A stretch of DNA of 64,000 nucleotides from Chiloscyllium plagiosum. Its lineage: Eukaryota. Positions 61,941 to 64,000 of this stretch are shown here, in pieces. Made by a program: the position numbers and the translations under genes. Under the pieces are notes generated by a model, which was not told the origin of the DNA, did not search any database, and was given only the letters and a program-made list of their open reading frames with translations. How positions within the stretch are numbered: position 1 is the first letter of the stretch; the number at the start of each line of letters is the position of its first letter. The stretch is from contig NC_057757.1 of assembly GCF_004010195.1 (NCBI RefSeq), positions 7,276,610 to 7,340,609 on the forward strand. Direction: 5' to 3'.

Positions 61941-64000
61941 AGTTAGGGATGGGCAGTAAAAAAAAAGGCTTGTATCCAGTTCTGGTAGCTGTGGCATGAG
62001 GGAATAAAGAAAATGAGAGCTGGAGATTGCAGCAGAATGTATGGAGAATTTGGAGGAATTGGAACTGCATGCCATGATTACTGCAGATAGATATGTCCAG
62101 ATGGCAACCTTCAAAGATCGGTGGGAGAGAGGGGAAGAGTGAATGGAAGAGGCAATGATTTGGATACTCAGGAGAAGGTGGATTGTCAGGATTTCTGTGG
62201 CCGAGGTCCGTTGTTAGACAGGCTGGTTTTCTCGATTGACAATCCTCTCCAATCCCTAGTGGATTACTCACTGTATCCTTCTGTGCTCGTCTCTGTCAAA
62301 TCCTCTTCCCCACCCTCTTCATTGTCCAGGCTGCTCTTAACATCCTCTCTACCTGATGTGGGTATTAAGTTTGTCCTTAATTTTTTTATTCTCGTTTGCT
62401 TTTCTTTCTGATCAACAATTTTCCAGGTCAAAATGTTTCCCTTGAATGTACTGCTGTGTATAATCAGTGAATTTTTATGTTTATATTTAATATTTATAAC
62501 CCTTCATTTCATGAGACATGCCTCATGGGACAAAGCCAGTAAACTCCCTCCAATAAAAGTGTTTCATCCCATGAGTTGGATTTTCCTATGCAAAGAACAA
62601 GATGCTATGAAAATCCTGGTAGTGGAGGAGAATCAGGTTTAATTTATTTTTTAAATATGGCCACCCTTTATTTGTTTTTTGTAATTTGTTTTCCTAACAG
62701 CGGTAGTGCTTATATTTTTCGGCCACCTTTCATTACTCATCCCTAATTACCCCTGAGAAGTTGGTTATCGACTGCCTTCTTGAACCGCTGCAGTCTGTGT
62801 AGTGGAGATACAACCAAAATGCCCTTTGGGAGGGAGTTCCAGGATTTTGACCCAGTGATACTGATCCAACGGCGATATATGTCCACGTCAGAATGGAGAC
62901 TGAATCAGAAGAAAATTTGTGTGTGGCAGTTATCCAAGTCAATGAGGACTTGAGAGATCAGAATCATATCAAAAAGTTCAATTCATGAGTTGCAACATTT
63001 TAACCGAAGCGATTTTCCTCGCTTGTCTGCCTTGCCCTCATTCTGATGGCTGTGTAAAATAAGTGTTGAAGTATTTTTCAACACTTTTCTATAAAAATTA
63101 AAATAAGCTATTTTCTGCTTGAGTTTAATTCTCAATTGCTTATACCTTGAACAAGCTGACCAGCAAAGAATAAGAGATGCCAACTGATTACCTTCATTTC
63201 CCATCTTGTTTTTAGGAATCACGTTGGATTACAGAGAATGCGCAAAGAGAAACTAGCTCCTCGGCCCAATCGGTCTATCTTAGTGATCATGGTCCAGCCA
63301 GTCTCCTCCCATCTCTCATCTAAATGTACCATGTGGTTCCCTGCCCCCTTCTCTCTCAATCGCTTGCCTGCTTTCCTTTTAAATTTCTCTATGTGAGTCA
63401 CTTCAGCCACGCCCTATGGTAGTGTGTTCCAGATTCCCACCACTCTCTGGTTGAAGACGTTTCTTGTAAATTCCCCAATTAAACTGCTTCCTGACTATCT
63501 TGTGTTGGTGTTCTCTGGCCTTCTGTTTTATCAAGCGATGAGGCTGTCAAGCCCCCTCCTGATATTGTAAAGCCAAGCATTTCTGGAATTGTGTTGGGAA
63601 GTCATTTCTGAACCCCTCGCAGTGCCTTGGCATTGATATTGTCAGCTGAAAAGAACCTCCAACTTTTGTTGTGGTTGTAAGTTATTTCTACTGTGATCTC
63701 TCTCCTTCCTCCCTTCACTCAGTGAAGCTGTCTTAATTTCGAAAAGATTAAGAGATGTGAAATGTTTGAAGTCTCCGTAATTGTTACCTTTTATGGTCTG
63801 TTTGAATATCCTATTCAAGGACTGTAGGAGCAGGAGTTTTTTTTCCAGAAAATTTATTTGTTGGATGTGGGCATTTCTGACTGGCCAATATTGATTGCCT
63901 GCCCCCACTGGCCCTTGAGAAGGTTGGGGGTGAGCTGTCTTCTTGAAACCCTGCAGACCACCTGCTGTGGGTTGACCCACACTGCCATTAGGGAGGGAAT

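Noticed and set aside
1..64000. CRISPR arrays or prokaryotic systems
   Set aside because: The sequence is eukaryotic; recurring short repeats are dispersed retroelement copies, not repeat-spacer arrays.

Overview
This is repeat-dense vertebrate DNA, inferred to be from a shark from its V-domain tRNA SINEs with (AATCT)n tails, CR1 LINEs, Penelope-like elements and GPR139-like receptors. It contains three assembly gaps. Host genes are: (1) an intact two-exon class A GPCR of the GPR139/GPR142-like type on the minus strand (exons 19497-19566 and 12148-13067, 329 aa); (2) a paralogous first exon on the plus strand (32095-32164) whose second exon is not visible; (3) the TM7/C-terminal remnant of a third paralog (47563-47744), cut off by a retroviral LTR; and (4) an 8-finger C2H2 zinc-finger gene (55920-56705, minus) with a CpG-island promoter carrying NRF1-type motifs. 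Mobile DNA includes a decayed class I (HERV-I/IP-like) endogenous retrovirus with LTR-PBS(Pro)-gag-pol-env-PPT-LTR (38633-45890), a second unrelated LTR joined to a gag fragment, and a decayed Gypsy element just upstream of the intact GPCR. There are also near-full-length CR1s, a Tx1 remnant, many SINEs, and Penelope-like elements whose terminal repeats carry minimal hammerhead ribozyme motifs of at least three families and form long hairpins. Everything was read by eye; repeat boundaries are approximate and no database searches were run.
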